From positions 848,619 to 912,618 of the forward strand of contig CAVOJZ010000002.1 in assembly GCA_963696395.1 (NCBI GenBank): DNA of 64,000 nt, written 5' to 3'. The notes under the pieces are model-generated. The model saw only the letters and a list, made by a program, of their open reading frames with translations. It had not been told where the DNA came from and did not search any database. Below are positions 18,795 to 28,242 of this stretch, piece by piece; the stretch's first letter is position 1, and each line of letters starts with the position of its first letter. The translations under genes and the position numbers were made by a program. This DNA is from an uncultured bacterium (GTDB taxonomy: Bacteria; Patescibacteriota; Minisyncoccia; UBA6257; 2-01-FULL-56-20).

Positions 18795-18828
18795 TTGACA
18801 AAATAAGGCTATATGCTATAATATAGCC
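18795..18828 (+). promoter_or_regulatory. Consensus sigma70 promoter with overlapping inverted repeat
   Basis: TTGACA-N16-TATAAT with extended TG; GGCTATAT-N6-ATATAGCC. Confidence 0.75.
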
Positions 18829-18891
18829 AGATCGTTGTTGGATCGCGAAATCTATAAATCACTCGCGGATATATCCGCCGAAGGAGTCAGT

Positions 18892-19236
18892 ATGCCAAAT
18901 GCTGCGGTATCCAGAATAACCTTCGTTCTTGTGGCGCTCGTGATAGCAACCCCCTGTTTCATTGCCTTCTTGCATCAGCATAATTTTGCCGCAGAAGCTT
19001 CCGCTAATATGGCTGTGGCAAAAATCATGGTGCAAGACAACATCGTCGCGGGGGACGTTGGAAAGTGCAAAACACTTGCCGACTGCTACAGCGTCGACAA
19101 GAATGTCAAAACGCGCGTTCAGCGAGTGGAAAGCGCCCGCAAGTTTTTATGGGCTCCTCTATACAAGCAGACCGCGAAAGAGATAGACGAGTTCATATGT
19201 GAGGCCGATTTCGCCCATTGCCCATATAACGACTGA
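18892..19236 (+). CDS. Membrane-anchored Cys-containing hypothetical protein
   Basis: AAGGAG SD before ATG 18892; N-terminal TM; CxxxxxC and CxxxxxxC pairs. Confidence 0.6.
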   Translation: MPNAAVSRITFVLVALVIATPCFIAFLHQHNFAAEASANMAVAKIMVQDNIVAGDVGKCKTLADCYSVDKNVKTRVQRVESARKFLWAPLYKQTAKEIDEFICEADFAHCPYND

Positions 19237-19256
19237 GGGCAGTTCGGTCGGAGATG

Positions 19257-19289
19257 AATCCCGTGATACATGGCGTCACGGGATTTTTT
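19257..19289 (+). terminator. Intrinsic terminator
   Basis: AATCCCGTGA...TCACGGGATT followed by T-run. Confidence 0.7.
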
Positions 19290-19296
19290 ATTTCTT

Positions 19297-19899
19297 TTAT
19301 CCCCGACGGTCGAGTGCGCTGCCAAGCGTTTCGTCGTCTGCAAATTCAATTTCGCCGCCCGTCGGTAAGCCGCGTCCCAAGCGGCTTATTTTTTTAGTAA
19401 GCGGATAAAATTCTTTCACAAGAATTGAAGCCTGGAAATCGCCAAGCGATGTGGGGTTAAAAGCAAGAATGATTTCATCGGCGGTGCCACCCAAATCATT
19501 CTGGATAAAAGACTTTAAGCTTGCGAGTCGCTCTTTCTGCCACGGCTCGAGGAATCCGGTTTTTGGAATCGGACCCGCGATGAAATACCGACCGATAAAT
19601 TTTTTGGTATCTTCAAGGGAGATGAGGTCGGTTTCTTTTTCAATCACCATGATTACACTTTGTTTTCGTGCGGGATTCTTACAAATATCACAAAGCTCAC
19701 CTTCATTTTGATGAATAAAAAAGCATCGTGCGCATATTTTCACGCTTCGCAGGCCGTCGATGGCTTCAGCAAATCCTTTGAGTTCGCCCTTGCTTTCGCG
19801 GGAAATATAAAATGCCAGTCTGATAGCCTGGCGTGGGCCGATGGAAGGAAGTTTCGAAAGTTCCTCGATGACGTGTTCAACCGGTTTCGGTAGTTTCAT
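19297..19899 (-). CDS. recR: Recombination protein RecR
   Basis: LPSIGPRQA.RLAF HhH, CARC/CDIC Zn finger, Toprim, GLPTGGEIEFAD..TL. Confidence 0.93.
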   Translation of the reverse strand: MKLPKPVEHVIEELSKLPSIGPRQAIRLAFYISRESKGELKGFAEAIDGLRSVKICARCFFIHQNEGELCDICKNPARKQSVIMVIEKETDLISLEDTKKFIGRYFIAGPIPKTGFLEPWQKERLASLKSFIQNDLGGTADEIILAFNPTSLGDFQASILVKEFYPLTKKISRLGRGLPTGGEIEFADDETLGSALDRRG

Positions 19900-21240
19900 T
19901 TAAAGGGGAGGCAATTCACTATATCGCTTTTCGAGCACCTTGAAACTGGCGCGTTCGGCATCGAAATAGAAATCCATATCACGGAGCGGGCCGTTGCGAT
20001 GTTTTGCAATGCGGAGATGGACGATGTTGTCGGTTTCACTCGCCGTATCATTCGGGTTATGTTCGTCGCGATAGATAAACATGACGATGTCCGCGTCCTG
20101 TTCAATGGACCCCGATTCACGAAGGTCGGAAAGGCGGGGAATCTTGTGGTCGCGTTGTTCAACGCCGCGTGAGAGCTGCGACAGCGCCAATACGGGCACT
20201 TTCAGCTCGCGTGCGAGAGCTTTCAGCCCACGCGAAATTTCCGTGATCATGTTTACCATGCTATCCATGTTTACACGTGGGCGAATGAGCTGGAGGTAGT
20301 CAATAATGAGAAGATCGAGGCCGTGCTCAACCTGCAGGCGGCGCGCCATTGAGCGCATCTGTAGCACGTTGAGCGATGGCGAGTCGTCAATGAAAAGTTT
20401 CACCTGAGAAAGCCGGTCGAGCGAATCCTGAATCATCGGGAGTTCGCTGTCGTTTGCGATCCTGCCCGTCAGAATGTGCCAGAGCGGCACTTGTGATTCT
20501 GCGGCGATAATACGGTCCTGCAATTGTTCGCGGGACATTTCAAGCGAGAACATGCCAACCGTGAAGCCGGCTTTGGCGGCATTTCTCCCGATGTCGAGCG
20601 CGAGGGAAGTTTTGCCGACCGACGGGCGGGCGCCGAGAATAATCAATTCCGATTTCTGAAGGCCTGAAAGCGTTTCATCAAGTTCCGGAAATCCGGTCGG
20701 CACGCCGCGCAATTTTCCACCGCCGGCGTGAAGCGTCGCGATGCGTTCGTATGCCGTCACAAGATCGTCTTTTAGGGCGACAAAGTTTTGCGGCAATGAA
20801 TGTTGTGATATCGCAAGAATTTTTTGTTCGTTGTCGTCGAGAAGGTCATCGATATCAACGCCTGTCGAAAAAGCGCTCTCAGCCATTTCGGCTGAAGCTT
20901 TGATGAGATCGCGCCGAACCTTCTTTTCTTTTACGATTCCGGCGTAGTGCGCAACATGGGATGCGGTTGTAACCTGGTTCGTTATTTCCGCAAGGTAGGT
21001 TGAGCCACCGACTTCTTTCAGATAATCGTTTTCTTTGAGGTAGGTGGTGAGCGAAAGGACGTCGATCGGTTGCCGTTTTTCGTAGAGATGGATGATGGCT
21101 TCATAAATGCGCGCATGAGCCGGCGCATAAAAATCGTTTGCCGTGATAAGGTCGGCCACGCGATAAATCGCATTCTTGTCGATCAACAAACTGCCGAGTA
21201 CGGTTTGCTCGGCCTCGAGGTTTTGGGGAGGCAATTTCAA
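19900..21240 (-). CDS. dnaB: Replicative DNA helicase (start uncertain, see findings)
   Basis: PPQNLEAEQTVLG, GARPSVGKT, IIDYLQL, LSQLSR, DLRESGSIEQDAD, AKHRNGP. Confidence 0.97.
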   Translation of the reverse strand: MKLPPQNLEAEQTVLGSLLIDKNAIYRVADLITANDFYAPAHARIYEAIIHLYEKRQPIDVLSLTTYLKENDYLKEVGGSTYLAEITNQVTTASHVAHYAGIVKEKKVRRDLIKASAEMAESAFSTGVDIDDLLDDNEQKILAISQHSLPQNFVALKDDLVTAYERIATLHAGGGKLRGVPTGFPELDETLSGLQKSELIILGARPSVGKTSLALDIGRNAAKAGFTVGMFSLEMSREQLQDRIIAAESQVPLWHILTGRIANDSELPMIQDSLDRLSQVKLFIDDSPSLNVLQMRSMARRLQVEHGLDLLIIDYLQLIRPRVNMDSMVNMITEISRGLKALARELKVPVLALSQLSRGVEQRDHKIPRLSDLRESGSIEQDADIVMFIYRDEHNPNDTASETDNIVHLRIAKHRNGPLRDMDFYFDAERASFKVLEKRYSELPPL

Positions 21241-21264
21241 GTTCTGACTTTTTTGATGTGGCCA

Positions 21265-22638
21265 TTATGCTTTCGGCCAGAGGAAGTATCCCTGTGGCGT
21301 GTCTTCAATTTCATATCCTACGCCACTCATCTGCTTTCGCAAGTCATCGGCCTGAACAAATTGTTTATTAGCTCTTAACTTCTCCCGGTCCTTGGCCATT
21401 TTTTCGACTTCGGAAGGGATTTTAGGGTTTTTTAATGAAATGCCGAGGATCGCAAGCATTTCTAGCAGGTGGTTCTTAATAGCTCTCGCCTCTGATTTTT
21501 TGAGTGTCCAGACGGTGCGCTGAAATTGTGCCATCAGTTCAAAAAGCGAGGCAATGGCCGCCGGAGTATTTGCGTCATCGGCGAGCGCTTCATGGAATTT
21601 TAATGAATATTTTTTAATGATTTCCTGCGCGTCAACAGTTTCTTTTCCGTTTACGCGATCAAGTTTTGCCATGAATGTCCCGAGGGTGTTTATGGCTGCT
21701 TTTGCCTGGTGGGTAAGCGACGGCGAATAATCGATCGGGGAACGATAATGATGGGTGAGCGTAATCCACCGAAGTGTTTCGGGGGCATAATCGGCAAGAT
21801 AATTGCGGATGGTGATAAAATTGCCAAGGCTTTTTGACATTTTCTTTCCTTCGACAAGCAATGCGCCAACGTGCATCCATTCGCGAACAAACGGTTTCTT
21901 GCCGGACGCCGCTTCCTGCTGGGCGATTTCCGCTTCGTGGTGGGGGAACTTCAGATCAACGCCGCCGCCATGAATATCATATTGAGGCCCGAAATAATAT
22001 TCGGAAACCGCGGTATCTTCAATGTGCCAGCCAGGTCGCCCTTCCCCGATCTGCGAACTCCAGTGCGGTTCCGTGGGTTTCGAAAATTTCCACAGGCAAA
22101 AATCTCCTTTATTTCTTTTGTCGTCGGCATCGTCAATGCGGGAAACGCCATCTTCCGCCTGGGCAACCGTTCGGCCGGAAAGTTTTCCGTAATCGGCAAA
22201 TTTGGCGATATCAAAATACCATCCATCGCCATCAATGAGGTAGGCGTAGCCACCGTCAATCAATCGCTCAACCTGCGCCGCAATTTGGGTAATAAAATCG
22301 GTCGCCGACGCATATTTTGTAACTGCATCAACGCCGAGCGTTTTCATATCGGCAAGGTAGGCTTTCAAGAACTTTTCTGCAATCTTTGCCGGCGCTTCAT
22401 TTTCGTCCGCCGCACGGCGGATGATTTTGTCGTCAATATCCGTTATATTTTGGAGATAAAAAACTTCATATCCTTGCGAGCGGAGGTATTTTGCAAAGAA
22501 ATCGAAAAAAATATATGTCCGCGCGTTCCCAATGTGCAGATAGTCGTAGACCGTCGGTCCGCACACAAAAAGCCGAAGCTTTTTCTGTTCGGGCAGAAGT
22601 TCTTTTTCCCGAGAAAGCGTGTTGTAGAGCTTGATCAT
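21265..22638 (-). CDS. cysS: Cysteine--tRNA ligase
   Basis: CGPTVY..HIGN, GRPGWHIE, HGGG.DL.FPHHE, KMSKS. Confidence 0.97.
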   Translation of the reverse strand: MIKLYNTLSREKELLPEQKKLRLFVCGPTVYDYLHIGNARTYIFFDFFAKYLRSQGYEVFYLQNITDIDDKIIRRAADENEAPAKIAEKFLKAYLADMKTLGVDAVTKYASATDFITQIAAQVERLIDGGYAYLIDGDGWYFDIAKFADYGKLSGRTVAQAEDGVSRIDDADDKRNKGDFCLWKFSKPTEPHWSSQIGEGRPGWHIEDTAVSEYYFGPQYDIHGGGVDLKFPHHEAEIAQQEAASGKKPFVREWMHVGALLVEGKKMSKSLGNFITIRNYLADYAPETLRWITLTHHYRSPIDYSPSLTHQAKAAINTLGTFMAKLDRVNGKETVDAQEIIKKYSLKFHEALADDANTPAAIASLFELMAQFQRTVWTLKKSEARAIKNHLLEMLAILGISLKNPKIPSEVEKMAKDREKLRANKQFVQADDLRKQMSGVGYEIEDTPQGYFLWPKA

Positions 22639-22641
22639 GCA

Positions 22642-23523
22642 TTAAAACCAGCCTTTTCGTTTAAAGTAAACCGTCACCGCAATCATGGCGAACGCCATGG
22701 TTCCGAAGACGATCCAAAAAGCGCCGGGCAAATTGATGATGGGCGTGTCGCGCGTGTTCATGCTGAAGAGAGCGGCAAGTAGCATGAAAGGGAATGTGAG
22801 GAACGAAAGCGAGGTAAATGTTTTCATTACGCTGTTGATCTTCAGGTTCATCAGCTGATTGTTGGTGTCTTCAAAATCAGAAATGGCTTCCCGATAGTCT
22901 TCAAGCTGATTCACAATTTTCAGCTGGTCGCCCATGATGTCGTTCAGATATACTTCTGCGTCGCCGTCCCAGAATTTTTTGCCTTTCACGGCAAGCGACC
23001 GGAAAACCGGTTCCTGGAGCCTGATCACAATCCGGTATTCCGAAACGTCGCGCTTCACGTATGTGATGCGCTGGAGGATGTCGAGTTCATGATCTTTGAA
23101 TATTTCTTTTCCGATCGTCTCAACTTTTTCGCGGATGTGACGAAGCTGGCGCTCTTCGAAATTCATAAGGTGCTCTATCAGCTGATACATGATTTCAAGC
23201 GAAGACGTGTAGCGGCGAACCTCGAGGCCGTCGTAAACGTCTTTCATGGTTTCATAATGAACCGTGATGACAGTGTCCTTTGTGACGATAAAATCTATTT
23301 CGGTTCGGATGGACGCCTCGTCGTCCTTATCGTAGAGAGGGAAGTAATAGATGAAGTAGAGATAATTCTTATACGCCTCGACGCGAGCTCTCGCAGAGGG
23401 ACCGCGAAGTTCTTCGATGATGACCGGATGTACGCCGAATTGTTCGGTGAGCCATTTCAATTCCTTTTCCGTGGGGCCGTGGATATCAATCCACTGGACG
23501 CCTTTGCCCTTTTTAATGTCCAT
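22642..23523 (-). CDS. corA: CorA-family divalent cation transporter
   Basis: WIDI..P, N.VMKT, two C-terminal TMs with SMN (GMN variant), YFKRKGWF end. Confidence 0.88.
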   Translation of the reverse strand: MDIKKGKGVQWIDIHGPTEKELKWLTEQFGVHPVIIEELRGPSARARVEAYKNYLYFIYYFPLYDKDDEASIRTEIDFIVTKDTVITVHYETMKDVYDGLEVRRYTSSLEIMYQLIEHLMNFEERQLRHIREKVETIGKEIFKDHELDILQRITYVKRDVSEYRIVIRLQEPVFRSLAVKGKKFWDGDAEVYLNDIMGDQLKIVNQLEDYREAISDFEDTNNQLMNLKINSVMKTFTSLSFLTFPFMLLAALFSMNTRDTPIINLPGAFWIVFGTMAFAMIAVTVYFKRKGWF

Positions 23524-23551
23524 GAGTTTATTTTAGCATAGCGCGAAACGA

Positions 23552-23683
23552 TGGCGGCGCAGTTTTGAGGGTCGCGTCGCTTTCTGCTGTACGCGTGTCT
23601 CGGCCTCGCCGCCTTTGCGGCTTCGGCACCCCTCAAAACTGTGCTGCCACTTTTTGCCCGTATGGGGCATTTTGTTCGAATCC
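23552..23683 (+). repeat. Long imperfect inverted-repeat element ending in a tRNA-like GTTCGAATCC
   Basis: 20-nt arms 23552-23571 and 23630-23649 with two G.U-compatible differences. Confidence 0.6.
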
Positions 23684-23744
23684 AGCCCGATGCACAAAAA
23701 AAGGGCGAGTGAGGGACTCGTCCTTTTTGTCTAGTTCCGGCTGG

Positions 23745-23807
23745 CTAGCCGAAATCATTTTCGTCGTTGTGGCAATCGCCTTCGGTGATATCTTCTCCGC
23801 CGATCAA
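23745..23807 (-). CDS. Putative 20-aa acidic peptide MIGGEDITEGDCHNDENDFG
   Basis: TGGTATAAT promoter (23838-23846), AAGGTGGTGA SD, TTG start, hairpin+T terminator at ~23696-23728. Confidence 0.45.
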   Translation of the reverse strand: MIGGEDITEGDCHNDENDFG

Positions 23808-23875
23808 GGTTCACCACCTTTCTGAGCTACTACACCCATTATACCAATTATGGGTGATTCTTCGTGTGCGAGCGG

Positions 23876-24025
23876 TCAAAAATGACGTCGTAGTTGCCAG
23901 CGGGCAAAAAGGAGTCCCGCAAGGAGGCCGCCGGTAATCGATATATTCGGCGGGACTTCCAAGCCATATCGCAAGATCGATGAAATTATCACCCAGAAAA
24001 TGACGCCGCCGAAAATGCCTCTCAT
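23876..24025 (-). CDS. Small 2-TM membrane protein (49 aa)
   Basis: GGAGG SD before ATG 24025; two hydrophobic segments. Confidence 0.55.
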   Translation of the reverse strand: MRGIFGGVIFWVIISSILRYGLEVPPNISITGGLLAGLLFARWQLRRHF

Positions 24026-24096
24026 ATAGTTATTCCTCCGAAAAAGCTGTTGATATGATACGCCGCAGGAGCGGCTTGTCAATGTTTTTGCTCGGA

Positions 24097-24135
24097 CTGG
24101 CAGTCTCTTGACGAGATTGCTAACGGGCGTATAAT
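24097..24135 (+). promoter_or_regulatory. CIRCE operator overlapping the hrcA promoter
   Basis: CTGGCAGTC-N9-GATTGCTAA (consensus TTAGCACTC-N9-GAGTGCTAA); TTGACG -35 within the spacer; TATAAT at 24130-24135. Confidence 0.85.
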
Positions 24136-24140
24136 GGTTC

Positions 24141-24818
24141 ATGATGAACGATCGAAGTGTGAATATTCTTGAGGCGGTGATCCAGGAATTTATCGATTCC
24201 GGCGAGCCGGTGAGTTCCGGATATCTCTATGACCGTTATGATTTCGGCATCAAACCGGCGATGATTCGTCTGGAACTCGATGCGCTCGAAGAAGATGGTT
24301 TTTTGGTTCAGCCTCATCATTCGGCCGGACGGGTGCCGACCGATGCCGGATACGAATTTTTTGCCAATCGCATGATAGTGAACGCGGCGCGGGCGCATCG
24401 GCACCAAAGCGAGCCGACCCTTAAAGAATTACTCGAAGAACGGGCGTGGCCGGACGCTCTCGCGCGATTGTCTTCGGAGCTTGGGCTTTTGGGTGTTGCT
24501 GCGGATCTTGCGCACGATATGGTCTACAAGGCCGGCTTGGAACAACTCATCAATAATCTTGACTGGCAGGATCGTGACGGGATCCGTTCGGTGATCCATG
24601 ATTTCGAAGAGGTTGACGAACGCTTGCCGCGCGCCGCGGAGCGAATGGCCGCGGGACCAAATGTGTTTATTGGCAAGAAAAGCCCGGTCACGAAAAGCGA
24701 AAACCTCTCCGTTGTCTGCGGAAATTTCGATATCGGCGGTGCAACGGTTTCGATTTTCGCGATTGGCCCAAAACGTATGGATTATAAAAAAACAATCAGG
24801 ATATTCAAAAATTTATAA
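24141..24818 (+). CDS. hrcA: Heat-inducible repressor HrcA (short form)
   Basis: FIDSGEPVSS, PAMIR, QPHHSAGRVPTD.GY, IGPKRMDY. Confidence 0.93.
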   Translation: MMNDRSVNILEAVIQEFIDSGEPVSSGYLYDRYDFGIKPAMIRLELDALEEDGFLVQPHHSAGRVPTDAGYEFFANRMIVNAARAHRHQSEPTLKELLEERAWPDALARLSSELGLLGVAADLAHDMVYKAGLEQLINNLDWQDRDGIRSVIHDFEEVDERLPRAAERMAAGPNVFIGKKSPVTKSENLSVVCGNFDIGGATVSIFAIGPKRMDYKKTIRIFKNL

Positions 24819-24826
24819 ATAAAACT

Positions 24827-25318
24827 ATGGCCGACGAACCGGAAAATAAAATGAACGAGCAGGGAACCGATGAGAAGTTGGCAGCGCTAGAGAAGCAACG
24901 TGACGAATATCTGGCGGGATGGCAGCGCGCAAAAGCGGATTTCATCAATTACCGAAAAGAAGAGATGAAGCATTTGGAAAATGTCGCGCAATACGGAAGC
25001 CAGGATCTGATACGCGATTTGATCGGCGTCCTCGATAATTTTGATCTTGGGCTGCGGTCGCTTGAGAAAAACGGGCCGGTGGAAAAAGGAGTATATCTGA
25101 TCCGGACGCAGATCGAGGATATTCTGAAGAAACGTGGGCTCACAAAAATTGACATAAAGGATGGCGATGCGTTCGATCCAAGCATTGCGGAAGCGTTGAG
25201 CGAGATATCCTCGGATCGGCCGCCCGGCACCGTAGTTGAAACGATAGAGCCGGGATATCGGCTCCACGAGAAAGTATTGCGGCCGGCGAGGGTAATAGTC
25301 AGTAAAGAAAACGTATAA
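24827..25318 (+). CDS. grpE: Nucleotide exchange factor GrpE
   Basis: QRAKADFINYRK, FDP..AEA, GY.LH.KVLRPARV. Confidence 0.95.
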   Translation: MADEPENKMNEQGTDEKLAALEKQRDEYLAGWQRAKADFINYRKEEMKHLENVAQYGSQDLIRDLIGVLDNFDLGLRSLEKNGPVEKGVYLIRTQIEDILKKRGLTKIDIKDGDAFDPSIAEALSEISSDRPPGTVVETIEPGYRLHEKVLRPARVIVSKENV

Positions 25319-25339
25319 TTAAAAAAATATTAAACTAAC

Positions 25340-27241
25340 ATGCCAAAAATTTTAGGAATCGATTTGGGAACTACAAACTCTGCGGTTGCGGTGATGTCGG
25401 GCGGTGAGCCGAAAATTCTCGAAAACGCAGAAGGCAACCGCACCACGCCTTCCATCGTTGCGATTTCAAAATCCAACGAACGCCTAGTCGGTTTGCTCGC
25501 AAAGCGGCAATCGGTCACAAATCCCAAAAACACCATTTTTTCGGTGAAGCGGCTCATCGGACGCAAATGGAGCGATCCGGAAGTTCAGCGCGACAAAGCG
25601 TGGCTTTCCTATGATCTGCAGGAGGGGCCGAATGGCAGCGTGCAGGTGAAGATGGGTGATAAATGGTATTCCCCAGAAGAGATTTCCTCGATGGTGTTGG
25701 CCAAATTAAAAGCCGATGCGGAAGCCAAGCTCGGAGAGAAAGTGGATGAGGCCGTTATCACCGTTCCGGCATATTTTGACGATTCGCAACGCCAGGCAAC
25801 AAAAAATGCCGGCGAGATTGCAGGACTCAAAGTGAGCCGTATCATAAACGAGCCGACAGCCGCCGCTTTTGCTTACGGATTGAACAAGGAAAAGAACCAG
25901 AAAATCGCGGTATACGATTTCGGTGGCGGAACGTTTGATATCTCGGTTCTCGAGATCAGCTATGACCCCGATTCAAAAGAGCAGACCGTGGAAGTTCGTT
26001 CGACGGGCGGCGATACGCATCTCGGCGGCGATGACTTCGATAAAAAGATTCAGCAGTATCTGGTTGACGAATACAAGAAGCAGGAAGCGATAGACATTTC
26101 AAAAGATGCGCTTGCGCTCCAGCGCCTGAAAGAGGCTGCGGAAAAAGCAAAGCACGAGCTTTCCTCGGCGACCGAAACCGAAATAAACCTGCCGTACATT
26201 TCTTCCGATGCAAACGGGCCGAAGCACTTCGTGATGAAACTTTCCCGTGCCAAGCTCGAATCGCTTGTCCAGGAATATATTGACCACTCAATCCAACTCA
26301 CAAGAGAGGCCGTAACCGCGCAGGCGCCAAAGGGAGCCGGCTACCAACTTTCCGAAATCAATGAGGTGATTCTCGTCGGCGGACAAACGCGCATGCCGGC
26401 GATCCAGGAGGCGGTGAAAAAACTTTTCGGCAAGGATCCGCATCAAGGCATCAACCCGGACGAAGTCGTTGCCGTCGGCGCTGCAGTGCAGGCCGGCATT
26501 TTGCAGGGCGACGTCAAGGACATTTTACTTCTCGATGTGACGCCGCTTGGCTTGAGCATTGAAACGTTTGGGAGTGTTGCAACCCCGATGATTCCAAAGA
26601 ATACGACGGTGCCAACCGCCAAGACGCAGGTCTTTTCCACGGCGGCTGATAATCAGACGTCGGTTGAGGTCCACGTTTTGCAGGGTGAACGCCCGATGGC
26701 GGCGGATAATAAGACGCTCGCCAAATTTATTCTCGACGGAATCCCGCCGTCACCGCGGGGCGTGCCGCAGATTGAAGTGACATTCGACATTGACGCGAAC
26801 GGCATCCTGAATGTTTCTGCAAAGGACAAGGCCAGCGGCAAAACGCAATCGGTGAAGATTGAAGCTTCGACGAATCTTTCGAAAGATGAAATCGAACGCC
26901 TGAAAAAAGAAGCCGTTGAGCATGCCGCCGAAGATGCAAAAAAGAAAGAGTTCATTGAAGTTCGTAACCAAGCCGAGTCGCTTGCGTATCTTGCAGAGAA
27001 ATCGATGAGAGAAGCTGGGGATAAACTGCCCGCCGACGTGAAAGCGAGCATCACCGAAAAGCTGGATGCGCTCAATAAGGCGAAGGAAACCGAAGATGCC
27101 GCCGCAATTCAGTCCGCGGCGCAGGCACTCTCTCTCGAAGTACAAAAAATAGGCCAAGCGGCATATAATAAAGAGAATGGTGGACCTGAAACAGGTAATG
27201 GCGGGGGAGTCGCCGACCCAAAACCTGATCAATCAAGCTAA
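25340..27241 (+). CDS. dnaK: Chaperone DnaK
   Basis: [36 protein letters not shown]. Confidence 0.99.
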   Translation: MPKILGIDLGTTNSAVAVMSGGEPKILENAEGNRTTPSIVAISKSNERLVGLLAKRQSVTNPKNTIFSVKRLIGRKWSDPEVQRDKAWLSYDLQEGPNGSVQVKMGDKWYSPEEISSMVLAKLKADAEAKLGEKVDEAVITVPAYFDDSQRQATKNAGEIAGLKVSRIINEPTAAAFAYGLNKEKNQKIAVYDFGGGTFDISVLEISYDPDSKEQTVEVRSTGGDTHLGGDDFDKKIQQYLVDEYKKQEAIDISKDALALQRLKEAAEKAKHELSSATETEINLPYISSDANGPKHFVMKLSRAKLESLVQEYIDHSIQLTREAVTAQAPKGAGYQLSEINEVILVGGQTRMPAIQEAVKKLFGKDPHQGINPDEVVAVGAAVQAGILQGDVKDILLLDVTPLGLSIETFGSVATPMIPKNTTVPTAKTQVFSTAADNQTSVEVHVLQGERPMAADNKTLAKFILDGIPPSPRGVPQIEVTFDIDANGILNVSAKDKASGKTQSVKIEASTNLSKDEIERLKKEAVEHAAEDAKKKEFIEVRNQAESLAYLAEKSMREAGDKLPADVKASITEKLDALNKAKETEDAAAIQSAAQALSLEVQKIGQAAYNKENGGPETGNGGGVADPKPDQSS

Positions 27242-28196
27242 GTTTGCTCCGATCATCAAGGGCCCTGGATTTTACAAATCCATCGTCCTTGATGTCCTGT
27301 CGGTGCTTTCTGCTGGGCTGTTCGGTTTCTCCTATTATCGCTACCTCGAGAATAATATGCCCGTATGGTGGTTGTTGGGGGCGCTTGCACTATGGGGGGT
27401 GCTTTCCGTGCTCCAGGTCTTTCTTGCGCGAGCCACCACGCGCCGCTTAAGCCTCATTCTTGTCGAAGCGATCGCCGCACTTATTTTCTTCTGGCGCGCC
27501 GATCCCGCGATATTATTAACAACCGTCGGCGTGCTCTTTGCATTCCTTGCGTGGGGATACCTCGCGAGCCGCAATGATCTTACGAACAGCGTTGAGATCC
27601 AGTTCTTCAGAGTCACGAGCAATGTGCTCGGGAAGCTTGTAACGGCGAGTCTGCTCTTTATGATCATGATTTATGTGCCGCAGGTAAACCAGGGATCGCT
27701 CTTCGTATCCCGCCAGAGCTTCCGTGAATTTTTTGACTGGGGCGCCGGGTTTGTGGATAACCTCTATCCAAACGTTTCGCTGAATGGATCATTCCAAACA
27801 TTTGCAAAAGGCGTTGCAACGCTTGAGCTAAAGAATAATCCGAACTTCCAGACGATGACTCCGCAAACGCAGAGTTCAACTATCAATCAGGCGACGACTC
27901 AGCTTGAAACAAATTTCGGCACAACGTCATCGGGCGTTGCGGTTGCGCCGACCGATCCGGCGAGCGATGCATTCTATAACTTCATCGTAGGCATGCTTCA
28001 GGGCTGGAAGAGTCAGGGCTCTTCGTGGTTTATCATCGGTTGGGGTGTAGTACTGTTCCTGGCTCTCAGAACGCTCGGCATCATATTCGTTTGGGTTGAC
28101 CAGTTTATATCACTGATCATCTATGAAAGTTTGCTCGCGACCGGATTTATGAAGATAACCGAGGCTACACAAACCAAGGAAATGATAGGCTATTGA
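27198..28196 (+). CDS. Multi-pass membrane hypothetical protein
   Basis: About 6 TMs plus an extracytoplasmic loop; start uncertain, overlaps the dnaK 3' end. Confidence 0.7.
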   Translation: MAGESPTQNLINQAKFAPIIKGPGFYKSIVLDVLSVLSAGLFGFSYYRYLENNMPVWWLLGALALWGVLSVLQVFLARATTRRLSLILVEAIAALIFFWRADPAILLTTVGVLFAFLAWGYLASRNDLTNSVEIQFFRVTSNVLGKLVTASLLFMIMIYVPQVNQGSLFVSRQSFREFFDWGAGFVDNLYPNVSLNGSFQTFAKGVATLELKNNPNFQTMTPQTQSSTINQATTQLETNFGTTSSGVAVAPTDPASDAFYNFIVGMLQGWKSQGSSWFIIGWGVVLFLALRTLGIIFVWVDQFISLIIYESLLATGFMKITEATQTKEMIGY

Positions 28197-28242
28197 GTAA
28201 TACTTAATAATTTATTAATCTAGTGCGTATTACTATATTGAA

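Noticed and set aside
23660-23700. tRNA gene at GTTCGAATCC
   Set aside because: No acceptor stem, D arm or anticodon arm could be folded
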